From: Candidatus Melainabacteria bacterium
Lineage (GTDB): Bacteria > Cyanobacteriota > Vampirovibrionia > Vampirovibrionales > JAJTHC01
NCBI GenBank assembly: GCA_033763415.1
Contig: JANRKP010000022.1
Location: forward strand, 164,015-228,014
DNA length: 64,000 nt
Direction: 5' to 3'
Below, one piece after another: positions 46,991 through 56,928 of the stretch. Under the pieces are notes generated by a model, which worked only from the letters and a program-made list of their open reading frames with translations, did not search any database and was not told the origin of the DNA. The translations under genes were made by a program, and so were the position numbers. How positions within the stretch are numbered: the first letter of the stretch is position 1; every line of letters starts with the position of its first letter.

Positions 46991-47953
46991 ATGCCTGTAG
47001 TACTGTACCACGGAGAAGATATGTACCGCCTCAGGCGTGCTGCCGAGCGCCTGAGGGCATCGGTGGTTGCGCCGGAAATGGTCTCGCTATGCCACCGGGT
47101 GCTGCGCACCCCCAGCCTGAGCGCCTTGTTGGAAGCACTCGGAACCCGATCTCTGTCTTTTGGTTACAGCAGTTTGCTGGAGTGCTGGGGGCTGACTCTT
47201 TTGTCGGAAAAACCAGCCGGGGCTGCCGAGGAAAAGCAGGTAGAGTTTTTAAAGTCCTTGGTGGAAGAATTGCCCGATGATCGCCACTGGCTGGTGGTTC
47301 AGCCCAAGCTGGATAAGCGCCTGGGCTTTGCCAAATGGTTAACGGGCCTCTCTGGCACAACCGTGCAGGAGTTTAAACAACTAGAGCCCTGGAAGGTGGA
47401 AGAGGCCGCACAGTTACTGTTGCAAGAGGCCAAATACTTAAAGATTACGCTATTGCCTGCCGCCGCCAGTCAACTGGTGGATATTTACGGTACGGACTTG
47501 CAGGTGTTGGCCACGGAAATTCAAAAGCTGGATGCGTATACGGGCGGCAAGCCGATTGAACCCGTCCATGTGGACACCCTGTCCGGGCGTCATCATAACC
47601 TGTTTCAGTTGCTGGAATCCTGGGTGGCGGGCGCCGCCCGTGGGCCACTCTATGGCATGCTGTCAGAGATTCTGCATGCGGATCATCCGCAAAGGGTGTT
47701 TGCCACGGCACAAACCTTTGTAGATAGTCGTTTTCATATGAAGTGGCTGGTGACCCAAGGGGTTCCGTCGGCCCGTATTGCCGAGGTTTTGAAAAAACAT
47801 CCCTATCGCGTCAAAATAGAGATGGAAGCACTGGCAGGCGTTCCTCTGGAGCGACTGCGTTACCTTAAAGATATGCTGGTTCGGTACGATTGGCAGATGA
47901 AAACCGGAAAAATACCAGGGGACACTGCGCTGGAAATTTTACTGAGTTGTTAG
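46991..47953 (+). CDS. holA: DNA polymerase III delta subunit
   Basis: LYHGED, EIQKL..Y, HPYRV, LEILL; adjacent to holB. Confidence 0.85.
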   Translation: MPVVLYHGEDMYRLRRAAERLRASVVAPEMVSLCHRVLRTPSLSALLEALGTRSLSFGYSSLLECWGLTLLSEKPAGAAEEKQVEFLKSLVEELPDDRHWLVVQPKLDKRLGFAKWLTGLSGTTVQEFKQLEPWKVEEAAQLLLQEAKYLKITLLPAAASQLVDIYGTDLQVLATEIQKLDAYTGGKPIEPVHVDTLSGRHHNLFQLLESWVAGAARGPLYGMLSEILHADHPQRVFATAQTFVDSRFHMKWLVTQGVPSARIAEVLKKHPYRVKIEMEALAGVPLERLRYLKDMLVRYDWQMKTGKIPGDTALEILLSC

Positions 47954-47978
47954 CGCTAAGAGGGCGTTTTTTCCTCCG

Positions 47979-48947
47979 ATGACTTTGCTTGATTCGTATC
48001 AAACAACCCAACCGATTCCCTGGCAGCTGTTTCGTGCAGGGCTTCAGGCAGGCTGTCTCAGCCATGCCTATTTGTTTCAGGGGCAAGATCTTTCCAAAAT
48101 GTACCAGTTTGCCCTGGATCTGGCCAAGATACTCAACTGCCAGGCTTCTCCTGAACCAACGGATGCCTGTGGTCAGTGTCGAAATTGTCTCTGGATTCAA
48201 GATAACGCGCATCCTGCCGTGATGACCGTCTCTCGGCTGACTTGGTTGTCGCCCGAGGATACGGGAAAAAAGCGTACGCGCATTACGACCCATCAGATTC
48301 GGGATTTGCTGGCGCAGCTATCGCACCGATCAGAAGCCAGGCGGGTGGTCATTTTTACCGATTCCGAGGAGCGCGGTCCGCAGGAGGCGGTATCGGTTTT
48401 GCCGCCGTTTGAGTGGCGTCAGGCGCCGGGTCAGGATGGGAAATCTCTTCACCTGCTGCCGTTGAGCCGAAGCGTTTTCTCCAGAGAGTCGGTCAATCGG
48501 CTACTCAAAACGCTGGAAGAGCCCAATCCGAACACACTGTTTATTTTTTTGACGGATACGGCTGAGAATGTTCTGGATACGGTGGTGTCTCGCTGCCAGG
48601 TGATTTCTTTTGCTCATCCTTTAAAAGAAGAAGGCGTGTTGCCTGCGCAAGAAAGCCTGTTGACTGGCTTTTTAGAGGCGCTTCGTGTGCCTGCGAGTCG
48701 CAGGGATCCGTACCAAATTCAAGAGCTGTTTGAGTCTCAGGTATTGGAGCCTTTGGGCGTTACCCCGGAGCAGGCGTTGCTACTGATTCAGCAGTATTTG
48801 CGTCAGCGTCACGTGCAAAAACCGCCGGATTTAAAATCATTTCGCGTGTACGCGCGTTGGCAAAAGCAGTTGTCTCAAACTCGCCGGATGATTATGGATG
48901 CAGTTCGCCCAGATCTGGCCACGGTGGCGTTATGGCAATGGTTGTAG
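47979..48947 (+). CDS. holB: DNA polymerase III delta-prime subunit
   Basis: HAYLF, C..CGQCRNC..HP zinc site, NRLLKTLEEP, TVVSRC. Confidence 0.85.
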   Translation: MTLLDSYQTTQPIPWQLFRAGLQAGCLSHAYLFQGQDLSKMYQFALDLAKILNCQASPEPTDACGQCRNCLWIQDNAHPAVMTVSRLTWLSPEDTGKKRTRITTHQIRDLLAQLSHRSEARRVVIFTDSEERGPQEAVSVLPPFEWRQAPGQDGKSLHLLPLSRSVFSRESVNRLLKTLEEPNPNTLFIFLTDTAENVLDTVVSRCQVISFAHPLKEEGVLPAQESLLTGFLEALRVPASRRDPYQIQELFESQVLEPLGVTPEQALLLIQQYLRQRHVQKPPDLKSFRVYARWQKQLSQTRRMIMDAVRPDLATVALWQWL

Positions 48948-48996
48948 TTGTCGTGTAACTATCTTGTAACAATTATGAGTCACGTGGGCTATCGAC

Positions 48997-49025
48997 TTGC
49001 ATCTGCCAAGGGAGGGTGCTATACC
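48997..49025 (+). promoter_or_regulatory. rpsO promoter
   Basis: TTGCAT-N17-TATACC with TG extension. Confidence 0.5.
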
Positions 49026-49091
49026 TTTACTGACTTATAAGCTTCATGCTTTTTGAGAATTGTTTAGTAAATCGTTGGAAGCACAGTTATT

Positions 49092-49364
49092 ATGGCATTA
49101 ACCAAGGAACGTAAGGCAGAAATTATTGCCAAGCACGGGAAAAGCAGCAAAAACACGGGTAGTTCCGAAGTGCAGATTGCACTTCTTTCGAGAAGAATCT
49201 TGGACTTGACGCAACACTTGAAGAAAAATCCAAAAGATTTCGCCTGTCGTCGGGGTCTGCTCATGCTGGTGGGAAAGCGTCGCCGGTTGTTGAACTACTA
49301 CAAAAATACAGTGGTGGCTGAGCAATACAAAGACCTGATTGTGAATCTCGGTATTCGCAAATAG
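49092..49364 (+). CDS. rpsO: 30S ribosomal protein S15
   Basis: TGSSEVQIA, HLKKNPKD..RRGLLMLVGKRRRLL. Confidence 0.98.
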   Translation: MALTKERKAEIIAKHGKSSKNTGSSEVQIALLSRRILDLTQHLKKNPKDFACRRGLLMLVGKRRRLLNYYKNTVVAEQYKDLIVNLGIRK

Positions 49365-49538
49365 AGCGGTAAGCGTTGGCTCTCTGTACGATGTCGGGTC
49401 ACACGCTTCTGTTTGTAGGTTTGCTTTTGCTTAGACTTTAGGCAAAATGCCGTCAATGCCTATGTTGGGCCGAGTTTTAACATTTAACTTAAGAACAAAA
49501 TCAGGACAAATGAAGCAGGCAGAAGGAATATTGCGCCC

Positions 49539-51935
49539 GTGTTTGAACAATCTTCGGAGACAACCGCGTTAATGGCCGATGAGGCAACAGAAGCCACGGT
49601 TTCAACCCATGCGCCTGGTTATTTGGGTGATGCATTTTACCCGACACTTCAATCCGACACGTTTCAGATTGGTCCTGATCAAGTGAAGGTGGAAACGGGT
49701 CGAGTGGCCCGCTCTGCTTCGGGTTCGGTGACGCTGCAAATTCAAGATACCGTGATTATGGTGACAGGCACCGTGTCTGAAAAACCGCGTGAAGGAATCG
49801 ATTTCTTTCCGCTGCTGGTTGACTTTGAGGAAAAAATGTACTCGGTTGGCCGTTTGCCAGGTGGCTATCTCAAGCGCGAAGGCCGCCCCTCGGACAAGGC
49901 CGTGTTGTCCTCTCGTTTGATTGATCGCCCCATTCGCCCCCTCTTTCCCGAAGGGTACCGGAACGACGTGCAGATTGTTGCCGTTCCACAAAGCGTAGAT
50001 AACATCATTATTCCAGACGTATACTGTATTTTTGGTGCTTCTCTGGCGCTGGAATTAGCCGGTGCGCCATTTATGGGCCCTGTTGGTGCGGTTCGTGTCG
50101 GATTACTGGATGGTGAGCTGATTATCAATCCAACCTACGAGGAATTAGAGCGCAGCGAGTTGGATTTAGTCGTTGCCGGTACGGAAGACTCCATTATGAT
50201 GGTGGAAGCCGGTGCCAAGTTCGTTCCCGAAGAGACCTTGTTAGAGGCGTTGGACTATGCGCACGAAGAAATTCGTAAGCAGGTTGAGTTTCAGCGTCAA
50301 TTTGTTCAAAAATGTGGCGTAGAGAAAAAAGAGTTTGTTCCGCCCTACGATGCGTCTTCCTTTCAAGCCTATGTTGATTCGCTGATTGGCCAAGAAATTG
50401 AGACGGCGTACCATAATTTTGACAAAAATGCGCGAAAAGCCTTGCTGGATGCTGCAAAAGAAAAGCTTAAAAGCACGATTGCGCTCTTGGAAGAATCCCA
50501 TGAAGTGGTTCAGTTTTTAGAGTCCAATGGCAAGGATCGCGTTGGGGATGCCTTTAAAGCGCTTGAGAAAAAGACGATGCGCGCCATGATTTTAAAAGAA
50601 GGCGTCCGAGCAGATGGTCGTAAGGCCGAGGAGATTCGCCCCATTCATTGCGAGGTGGGTCGCTTGCCCCGTGTGCACGGTTCGGGCCTATTTACCCGTG
50701 GCAGTACACAAGTTCTTTCCATTTGCACTCTGGGTGCACCTGGAGATGCCCAGAAACTCGATGGCGTCGATCCGGCGACAGAAAAGCGTTGGATGCACCA
50801 CTATGCTTTTCCTGGCTTCAGTACGGGAGAGGTTCGTCCGATGAGAGGGCCGGGACGCCGCGAGGTGGGCCATGGTGCCTTGGCTGAGCGCGCCATTGCG
50901 CCGGTGCTTCCGCCCAAGGAAAAGTTCCCGTACACTCTGAGAGTGAACTCGGATGTGCTTGAGTCCAATGGCTCTACCAGCATGGCGTCTACTTGTGGCG
51001 CTATTCTGGCCCTGATGGATGCGGGTGTTCCCATCCAGGAGCCAGTGGGCGGCATTGCAATGGGTCTGATCAAAGAAAACGATCAGTATGTGGTGCTTTC
51101 CGATATTCAAGGCATTGAAGACTTTCTCGGAGATATGGATTTTAAAGTAACGGGTACCCGAGACGGTGTGACTGCGTTGCAAATGGATATTAAAATCCGC
51201 GGCATTTCAATCGATATTATGCGAATTGCCCTGGAGCAGGCACGCTTAGGACGTTTGCACATTTTGGATAAAATGGCCCTTACCATTCAGCAGCCCCGAA
51301 CAGAGCTGTCGAAGTGGGCGCCGCGAATCCTCACAATGAAGATTGATACCGATATGATTGGTACGGTCATTGGCCCTGGTGGCAAGATGATCCGCTCCAT
51401 TATTGAAGAAACGGGCGCTACTATTGATATTGAAGACGATGGAACGGTGACCATTACCTCTGTGAGCGGCGATGGCGGCGAACGAGCACTGGCGATTGTT
51501 CAGCGTTTAACGCAAAAACTGGAGCCCGGTATGTTGAGCGTGGGCAAAGTGGTTCGTATTTTGCCAATTGGCGCTTTCGTTGAACTGGGGCCGGGTCGCG
51601 ATGGTCTGGTTCATATCTCTCAGTTGGTGAATCGTCGCGTAAACAGCGTGGAAGACGTTCTCAATGTAGGCGATGAAGTCTTGGTGAAAATCGTTGATAT
51701 TGACGATCGCGGTCGGGTTAACCTCACAATGAAGGGTGTTACCGATGAAGAGCGCGAAATCAATGGTTTTCCGCCGCTGGAAACCTTAACCGCCCATCTT
51801 CCTCCTGCCCCGGAACGCCCTGAGCGGGATGACCGTGGCCCCGGTGGTGGCGGTGGAGATCGTCGAGGCGGCGGCGGTGGTCGCCCCTTTAACCGTGGCG
51901 GTGGAGATCGCGGTGGTGGCGGTCGTCGCTACTAG
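49539..51935 (+). CDS. pnp: Polyribonucleotide nucleotidyltransferase
   Basis: [35 protein letters not shown] and S1 domains, G/R-rich tail. Confidence 0.99.
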   Translation: MFEQSSETTALMADEATEATVSTHAPGYLGDAFYPTLQSDTFQIGPDQVKVETGRVARSASGSVTLQIQDTVIMVTGTVSEKPREGIDFFPLLVDFEEKMYSVGRLPGGYLKREGRPSDKAVLSSRLIDRPIRPLFPEGYRNDVQIVAVPQSVDNIIIPDVYCIFGASLALELAGAPFMGPVGAVRVGLLDGELIINPTYEELERSELDLVVAGTEDSIMMVEAGAKFVPEETLLEALDYAHEEIRKQVEFQRQFVQKCGVEKKEFVPPYDASSFQAYVDSLIGQEIETAYHNFDKNARKALLDAAKEKLKSTIALLEESHEVVQFLESNGKDRVGDAFKALEKKTMRAMILKEGVRADGRKAEEIRPIHCEVGRLPRVHGSGLFTRGSTQVLSICTLGAPGDAQKLDGVDPATEKRWMHHYAFPGFSTGEVRPMRGPGRREVGHGALAERAIAPVLPPKEKFPYTLRVNSDVLESNGSTSMASTCGAILALMDAGVPIQEPVGGIAMGLIKENDQYVVLSDIQGIEDFLGDMDFKVTGTRDGVTALQMDIKIRGISIDIMRIALEQARLGRLHILDKMALTIQQPRTELSKWAPRILTMKIDTDMIGTVIGPGGKMIRSIIEETGATIDIEDDGTVTITSVSGDGGERALAIVQRLTQKLEPGMLSVGKVVRILPIGAFVELGPGRDGLVHISQLVNRRVNSVEDVLNVGDEVLVKIVDIDDRGRVNLTMKGVTDEEREINGFPPLETLTAHLPPAPERPERDDRGPGGGGGDRRGGGGGRPFNRGGGDRGGGGRRY

Positions 51936-52037
51936 CAACGGTTGATGACCACGAAGACGGGATGTACGTGTTTCTTACACGATCTTACGCTTCGTCTTAC
52001 ACTGTTTTACTTAATATTGCTTTAAAGGGCTATCACG

Positions 52038-53450
52038 ATGACGTTGTTCTCCGGTGATGGCCCTTTAGTCTCTGCCGTTAACGCGTACCTAAAGCGCGGC
52101 TGGAGACGCTTCCATATGCCAGGTCATGCGGGGCGTGTTTTGTTTCCCCAAGATGCTATGGCTTCAGATCTTTTGTATGCCTGCGATCTAACTGAACTGG
52201 ATGGCTTGGATGTTCTTTCTGAGCCAACGGGCTGTATTTTAGAGGCTCAAGCGTTTGCTGCAAAAACTTTTGGTGCAGCTAGCAGCTATTTTTTGGTGAA
52301 TGGCGCAACGGTCGGCTTGATGGCTTCGCTATTGTGTCTGGGTGGAAAGGGAAAACGCGTCTTGTTGACGCGCAATGTCCATCGCTCGGTTGTATCGGCT
52401 TTAATCCTTTCTGGGGCGGATCCGGTTTGGCTTGATCCTTCCTGGATGGAGGATTGGGCTTTATGGGGGCCTGTCACCCCTGATGCATTGTTGGATTCCC
52501 TCTCGAAACAGGCTGATATTTCCGCGTTAGTGCTTACTTCACCAACATATGAAGGCTTGGCAACCGATATTCAGCCGATTGCCGAAATTTGTCGGCAAAG
52601 AGACATTCGCCTGGTTGTGGATGAGGCGCATGGGGCGCTTTTTCCCTTCAGCAGGTATTTGCCCAATTCTGCCATATCGGCCCAGGGGGTGGATGTGGTG
52701 GTCCAATCTCTTCATAAGACGGCGGGCAGCCTGACGCAAACGGCGATTGCCCACTTGCCGTTTGGTTCTAGGTTGGATGCGGACGATTTTCAGCAGGCGT
52801 TAAACGTGCTGCAAACCACGAGCCCTTCCTATCCGTTAATGATGAGTTTGGATGCGACCTGTCATCACTTGGCGTCTGAGGTGGGGCAAGCCCGAGTGGC
52901 GCAGTGGGTGCAGATGATGCGGAATTTACACGAGCGTCTCGCGCCACAACTCAAGGTGCTGAAACGTTTTGAGCCGCCCGCGACGATGACACCCTTGTGG
53001 GATTTTACCCGCCTGTATTTGCGCCACCCGGCAATTGCGGGAGAGGACTGGGGGCCTTGGCTGGAGCAGACGCAAGGGATTTCTTTCGAGCAGGTAACGC
53101 CATTTGGTGTCTTGTATCTATCTGGAATGGGGACGACCGAGGCCGATGTGGCTGTGTTGGCCGAGTGCTTGATGCAGGCGGATGCGCGCTGGTTGCAGGA
53201 AAATCCGCAATGGGGCCAACGTTCTCTTGCCAAAGCGCCCTGCGCGTTTTGTTTGCCAGAGAAGGTGTTGACGCCCAGAGACGCCTTTTTAGCCCCGGGA
53301 GAGACGCTACCGCCAGAAGCCTGTTTGGGGCGCATTGCCAAACAAATGGTGGTGCACTGCCCGCCGGGTATTCCTATTTTGATGCCTGGCGAGCGCATTT
53401 TACCCGAGCATCTTCCTTTGCTTCCATCCAAGATACGGGTGGTTTTGTAG
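52038..53450 (+). CDS. PLP-dependent Arg/Lys/Orn decarboxylase
   Basis: FHMPGH, LVNGAT, VDEAHGA, QSLHK, TTSPSY, PPGIP..PGE. Confidence 0.9.
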   Translation: MTLFSGDGPLVSAVNAYLKRGWRRFHMPGHAGRVLFPQDAMASDLLYACDLTELDGLDVLSEPTGCILEAQAFAAKTFGAASSYFLVNGATVGLMASLLCLGGKGKRVLLTRNVHRSVVSALILSGADPVWLDPSWMEDWALWGPVTPDALLDSLSKQADISALVLTSPTYEGLATDIQPIAEICRQRDIRLVVDEAHGALFPFSRYLPNSAISAQGVDVVVQSLHKTAGSLTQTAIAHLPFGSRLDADDFQQALNVLQTTSPSYPLMMSLDATCHHLASEVGQARVAQWVQMMRNLHERLAPQLKVLKRFEPPATMTPLWDFTRLYLRHPAIAGEDWGPWLEQTQGISFEQVTPFGVLYLSGMGTTEADVAVLAECLMQADARWLQENPQWGQRSLAKAPCAFCLPEKVLTPRDAFLAPGETLPPEACLGRIAKQMVVHCPPGIPILMPGERILPEHLPLLPSKIRVVL

Positions 53451-53684
53451 GTTGCTTTTTTGCCGAAACCCGTGGAAACACAAAGGTTGTTTTGGACGAG
53501 CTCCGTTTGGCGCGCTGTTTGTGGCGCGCTGTGCTGGAACTGACTATAATCCCACTAGAGCCGTTAGGTGCGGTTGCTGTTAAAGGCAATGCGTGTTGGA
53601 CGGGTTTTTTGGTTGTTTACGGTTTAGGCGACAGGAGGCTGATGCCGTCAGGCGGCGTGTGGCGCGCCAGTGCGGCAGTAACCC

Positions 53685-54884
53685 ATGGGCGATGAGGATA
53701 AACAGTTTGAGGCCTCTGCGCAAAAGCTAAAGCGGGCCCGAGAAGAGGGCCAGGTGGTGAAGAGTAAGGATTTATCCACCGCTCTGATGCTGGTCACGCT
53801 GTTTTCCCTGCTGTTTTTGCTGGCCCCGTTTATATGGAACGAACTGGCCCGGCTGTTTGTGCTGACCTTTGAGCAGATTCCCAACCAAACGATCGAAAAA
53901 ATTGGCTGGCAATACCTGGCCACGCTGGTTATTCGCGCGCTGCTGATGTTGATTGGCCCGTTTATGCTGGTGGCTTTTCTGGTGGCTGCTGCAGGCGATG
54001 TGATTCAGGTGGGGCCACTGATTGCGACCAAGGCCATTATGCCCAAGTTTGACAAGCTGAATCCGGTGAACGGCTTTAAAAATATTTTTTCCAAGCGAAC
54101 CGTGGTCGAGCTTGTAAAGAACCTGATTAAGATTGCTATTTTGGGCTATGTGGCCTACATGGTGTTTAGCGAATTCTTGCCCCAACTGATGCTGTCAGGC
54201 GAGTCGGAAAGTGTGTTTGCCATGTTTGGCCTGTTGGGCAAGGTGCTGAGCAAGTTTATTACCATGGCGGCGGTGGCGTTTTTGATTATTGCCGGTGCCG
54301 ACTACGGCTACCAGCGGTTTAAGTTTCTTGGCGATCAAAAAATGTCTTTCAAAGAAATGAAAGACGAATACAAACAGCAGGAAGGCGATCCTATGGTCAA
54401 GCACATGCTGCGCCATCGTCGGATGCAGTTGTTGCAAAAGCGCATGCTGGAAGCCGTACCCCAGGCCGATGTGGTAACGACCAATCCCATTCATGTGGCG
54501 GTGGCTTTAAAGTACACGCAGGAAATGGAGGCTCCGGCTGTGGTGGCCAAGGGTGCCGAGGTGTTTGCCGAGCAAATCAAAACCGTGGCCCGTCAGCACG
54601 GGGTGCCCATTGTGGAAAACCCGCTGGTAGCCCGTACGCTTTACAAACTGGTGGATGTGGACCGGGAAATTCCTCCAGACATGTACCAGGCCGTGGCGGA
54701 AATTTTGATGTTCGCCTGGCGGTTGCGCGGCCAAGCGATACCACTGGCCCGTTCCGATGAAGAAATGCCGAATAGAGAGACGCCCGAGGTTTGGAATGCA
54801 GGCCCAGCCGCTTCTCCAGGTAAATTGCCGCCGCCAGACGGCCGATCGGCTCCTTCAGATGAACGACCACTCTGGCCTCAATAG
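53685..54884 (+). CDS. flhB: Flagellar/T3SS export switch protein FlhB
   Basis: KLKRAREEGQV.KS, four TM helices, EYKQQEGDP, NPIH cleavage loop, PAVVAKG, LARTLY-like VARTLY. Confidence 0.93.
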   Translation: MGDEDKQFEASAQKLKRAREEGQVVKSKDLSTALMLVTLFSLLFLLAPFIWNELARLFVLTFEQIPNQTIEKIGWQYLATLVIRALLMLIGPFMLVAFLVAAAGDVIQVGPLIATKAIMPKFDKLNPVNGFKNIFSKRTVVELVKNLIKIAILGYVAYMVFSEFLPQLMLSGESESVFAMFGLLGKVLSKFITMAAVAFLIIAGADYGYQRFKFLGDQKMSFKEMKDEYKQQEGDPMVKHMLRHRRMQLLQKRMLEAVPQADVVTTNPIHVAVALKYTQEMEAPAVVAKGAEVFAEQIKTVARQHGVPIVENPLVARTLYKLVDVDREIPPDMYQAVAEILMFAWRLRGQAIPLARSDEEMPNRETPEVWNAGPAASPGKLPPPDGRSAPSDERPLWPQ

Positions 54885-55029
54885 TGGAAAAAAACCGCCG
54901 AATGCTTGAAAGAAACCCGTTAGGTTGTATATCCTTAAAGGATGTTGGCGCGAGATGGGATAAATCTTGAGTCGACGGGTTGTCTGTTCTGATTTTTAGG
55001 AATCGTCGTCCGGGTGATAGGCAGTTGAC

Positions 55030-55752
55030 GTGAAGCCCATACCACCACCTCGAAAGCCACTTCAGCGGGTCAATATTACCAAATATTTGCCACTCATTGA
55101 ACGTGTGGCAAAAGTAGAGTATCGTCGTATTCCATCCCACATGGTGGATTACGAAGAACTCGTGAGCATTGGGGCCATTGCCATTCAGGCCCTGCTTAAA
55201 AATAAAACACCCGAACAGGCGGCCAAATTAAACACGTCTTATTTAGCCACGGCCACCCGTTGGGCCATTCGTAACGAATTGCGAACCCGCTACAAGTGGT
55301 ACACCCTCAAACATGCGCAAAAGCCCACCGAGGCCGAAGATACCGATGCGCCTGCCGCTGCCAATGCCGAGGGTGCCGCCGCCGAAGGGGCCGAAGTTGA
55401 GCATTCTCCAGAGCAGGTGCGCGAAGCCGTGTATGAGACGATTCTCTCCATTGAGGGAATTTCTGAAGGGATGGATGGCGACTCTCCCTACGAGTTTATT
55501 AAAGATGGTTCCGCCACGCCTGCCGAGCAGTTGGAAATTGTGGAGTTGGGCCGAGCGATTAAAAAAGCCATTGAAAGCCTGCCGCCCAAAGAGCGCACGA
55601 TTGTTGAGTACCGCTTTTACCGCAACATGCAAGTGAAAGATATTGCCACAATAGTGGGCCTTTCCAGCTCACGGATTACGCGGATTGTGCAGGCATCGCT
55701 GAACACGGTGCGCCAATACCTCAAAGACCAGGAACACATTGACGGCTTATAG
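55030..55752 (+). CDS. fliA: FliA/WhiG-like sigma factor (divergent)
   Basis: YLPLI..VA, EELVSIG, AIRNELR, LPPKER..IA..VGLSSSRITRI; follows flhB. Confidence 0.75.
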   Translation: MKPIPPPRKPLQRVNITKYLPLIERVAKVEYRRIPSHMVDYEELVSIGAIAIQALLKNKTPEQAAKLNTSYLATATRWAIRNELRTRYKWYTLKHAQKPTEAEDTDAPAAANAEGAAAEGAEVEHSPEQVREAVYETILSIEGISEGMDGDSPYEFIKDGSATPAEQLEIVELGRAIKKAIESLPPKERTIVEYRFYRNMQVKDIATIVGLSSSRITRIVQASLNTVRQYLKDQEHIDGL

Positions 55753-55840
55753 CCCGCAGTTGCCCACGGCGAGGTGGGCTGTTTTGCCGTGTGGTGGGTT
55801 GACGCGTCGTTATTTTTCCTTCACACTAACCGATTTAACG

Positions 55841-55908
55841 CACGGTCTACCCAAAATACGGTCTATCCAACAATAGGGTTTATCTAAAAAATAGGGTTTA
55901 TCCAAAAA
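55841..55908. repeat. Degenerate 17-18-bp tandem repeat x4
   Basis: cacggtctacccaa/aatacggtctatccaac/aatagggtttatctaaaa/aatagggtttatccaaaa. Confidence 0.7.
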
Positions 55909-55945
55909 CAGGATGCTTTGGCCGTGATGTGTCGGGTGACCATGG

Positions 55946-56788
55946 TTGGGGCGTTGTTGTCGGTTGGCAATCATCTTTGCAAATCCCGTGGCAAGTAGGC
56001 TTTCCGTACCGCCAAAGGGCGGTGCCAATCACACATTGGCGTCACCGCGCTTGCCAGCCGTGTTAGCCAGTGTTGGCTCACGGCAGTTGGCGTCACTCCA
56101 TTTTGGTCAGCAGTCGCAAGCCGCGCCCGATTCGTGGTCTCTGCTTCGACCGCCCTGTCCGGTGCCGGGTGCAACCGTGGGCTACGGGCAGGTGAGTGAT
56201 ATTCCTGAGATTGTAGACCTCATTACGAAGGTGGAAGCGCAAGAGTTTGGGCACGACGTGCCACAGGCGGCCAAAGTGGCGCTAAACACCTACTTGGACC
56301 GGCTCATTCAAAGCCCGCGTGCGCGGGTGTACGTGGTGTATCAGCAGGATGAGCTGATTGGCACCGGCATGCTGTTGCCGCTTAGTCGTCAGGGCTACAC
56401 GGATGCCAAGGCGTACCGTTTAACCAATCTCTACACGCGTTATCACGGTCAGGGCTTGGGTACGCATTTAATGGACGCCTGGATTTTTCCGGATTTAAAA
56501 ACCCTTGGCGCCACCGATGTTTTGCTGGAAACCAGTAAGCCGCGAGCCGCCCGTTGGTACGAGGAGAAATATGGTTTTCGGCCCTGGCGTGGGCCGTTTA
56601 AACAGCTTTACGAGGCGTGTATCAAGAAAACTTCCAATCAGATGCTGGTGCGGCAACAAACGTTTTACGAGTTGAATCTTAAGCCCGAAGATCCCTGGGG
56701 CGATCGGTTGGCGGGCCACTGGCCTGGCTGGTTGTGGCCCAGTGTGGGCCGGTATTTGGCGCAATGGAAACAGCCCAACACCCCATAA
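55946..56788 (+). CDS. GNAT family acetyltransferase with N-terminal leader (SLHFG)
   Basis: YHGQGLGTHLM acetyl-CoA motif, AARWYEEKYGF; start uncertain. Confidence 0.75.
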   Translation: MGRCCRLAIIFANPVASRLSVPPKGGANHTLASPRLPAVLASVGSRQLASLHFGQQSQAAPDSWSLLRPPCPVPGATVGYGQVSDIPEIVDLITKVEAQEFGHDVPQAAKVALNTYLDRLIQSPRARVYVVYQQDELIGTGMLLPLSRQGYTDAKAYRLTNLYTRYHGQGLGTHLMDAWIFPDLKTLGATDVLLETSKPRAARWYEEKYGFRPWRGPFKQLYEACIKKTSNQMLVRQQTFYELNLKPEDPWGDRLAGHWPGWLWPSVGRYLAQWKQPNTP

Positions 56789-56928
56789 TTGGGGGTCGAA
56801 TAAACCCGCTGAGGCCGAGCTGTGTAACAAACTTAGCAGAGAGAGACTCGAATCGTGGCCAGCTTTTCTGGTAAGATGGTCGAGTTTTCACGGAATCGTC
56901 TCCGTGACGGTCAACGACGGATCCCCGC

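Noticed and set aside
48943-48970. TGTA(G/A)(T/C) repeats at an 11-bp period upstream of rpsO (RpaB HLR1-like)
   Set aside because: The period differs from the 10-bp HLR1 spacing as I recall it, the cores are only 6 bp, and one overlaps the holB stop.
51830-51935. G/R-rich tail of PNPase
   Set aside because: Such disordered tails are common on PNPases.
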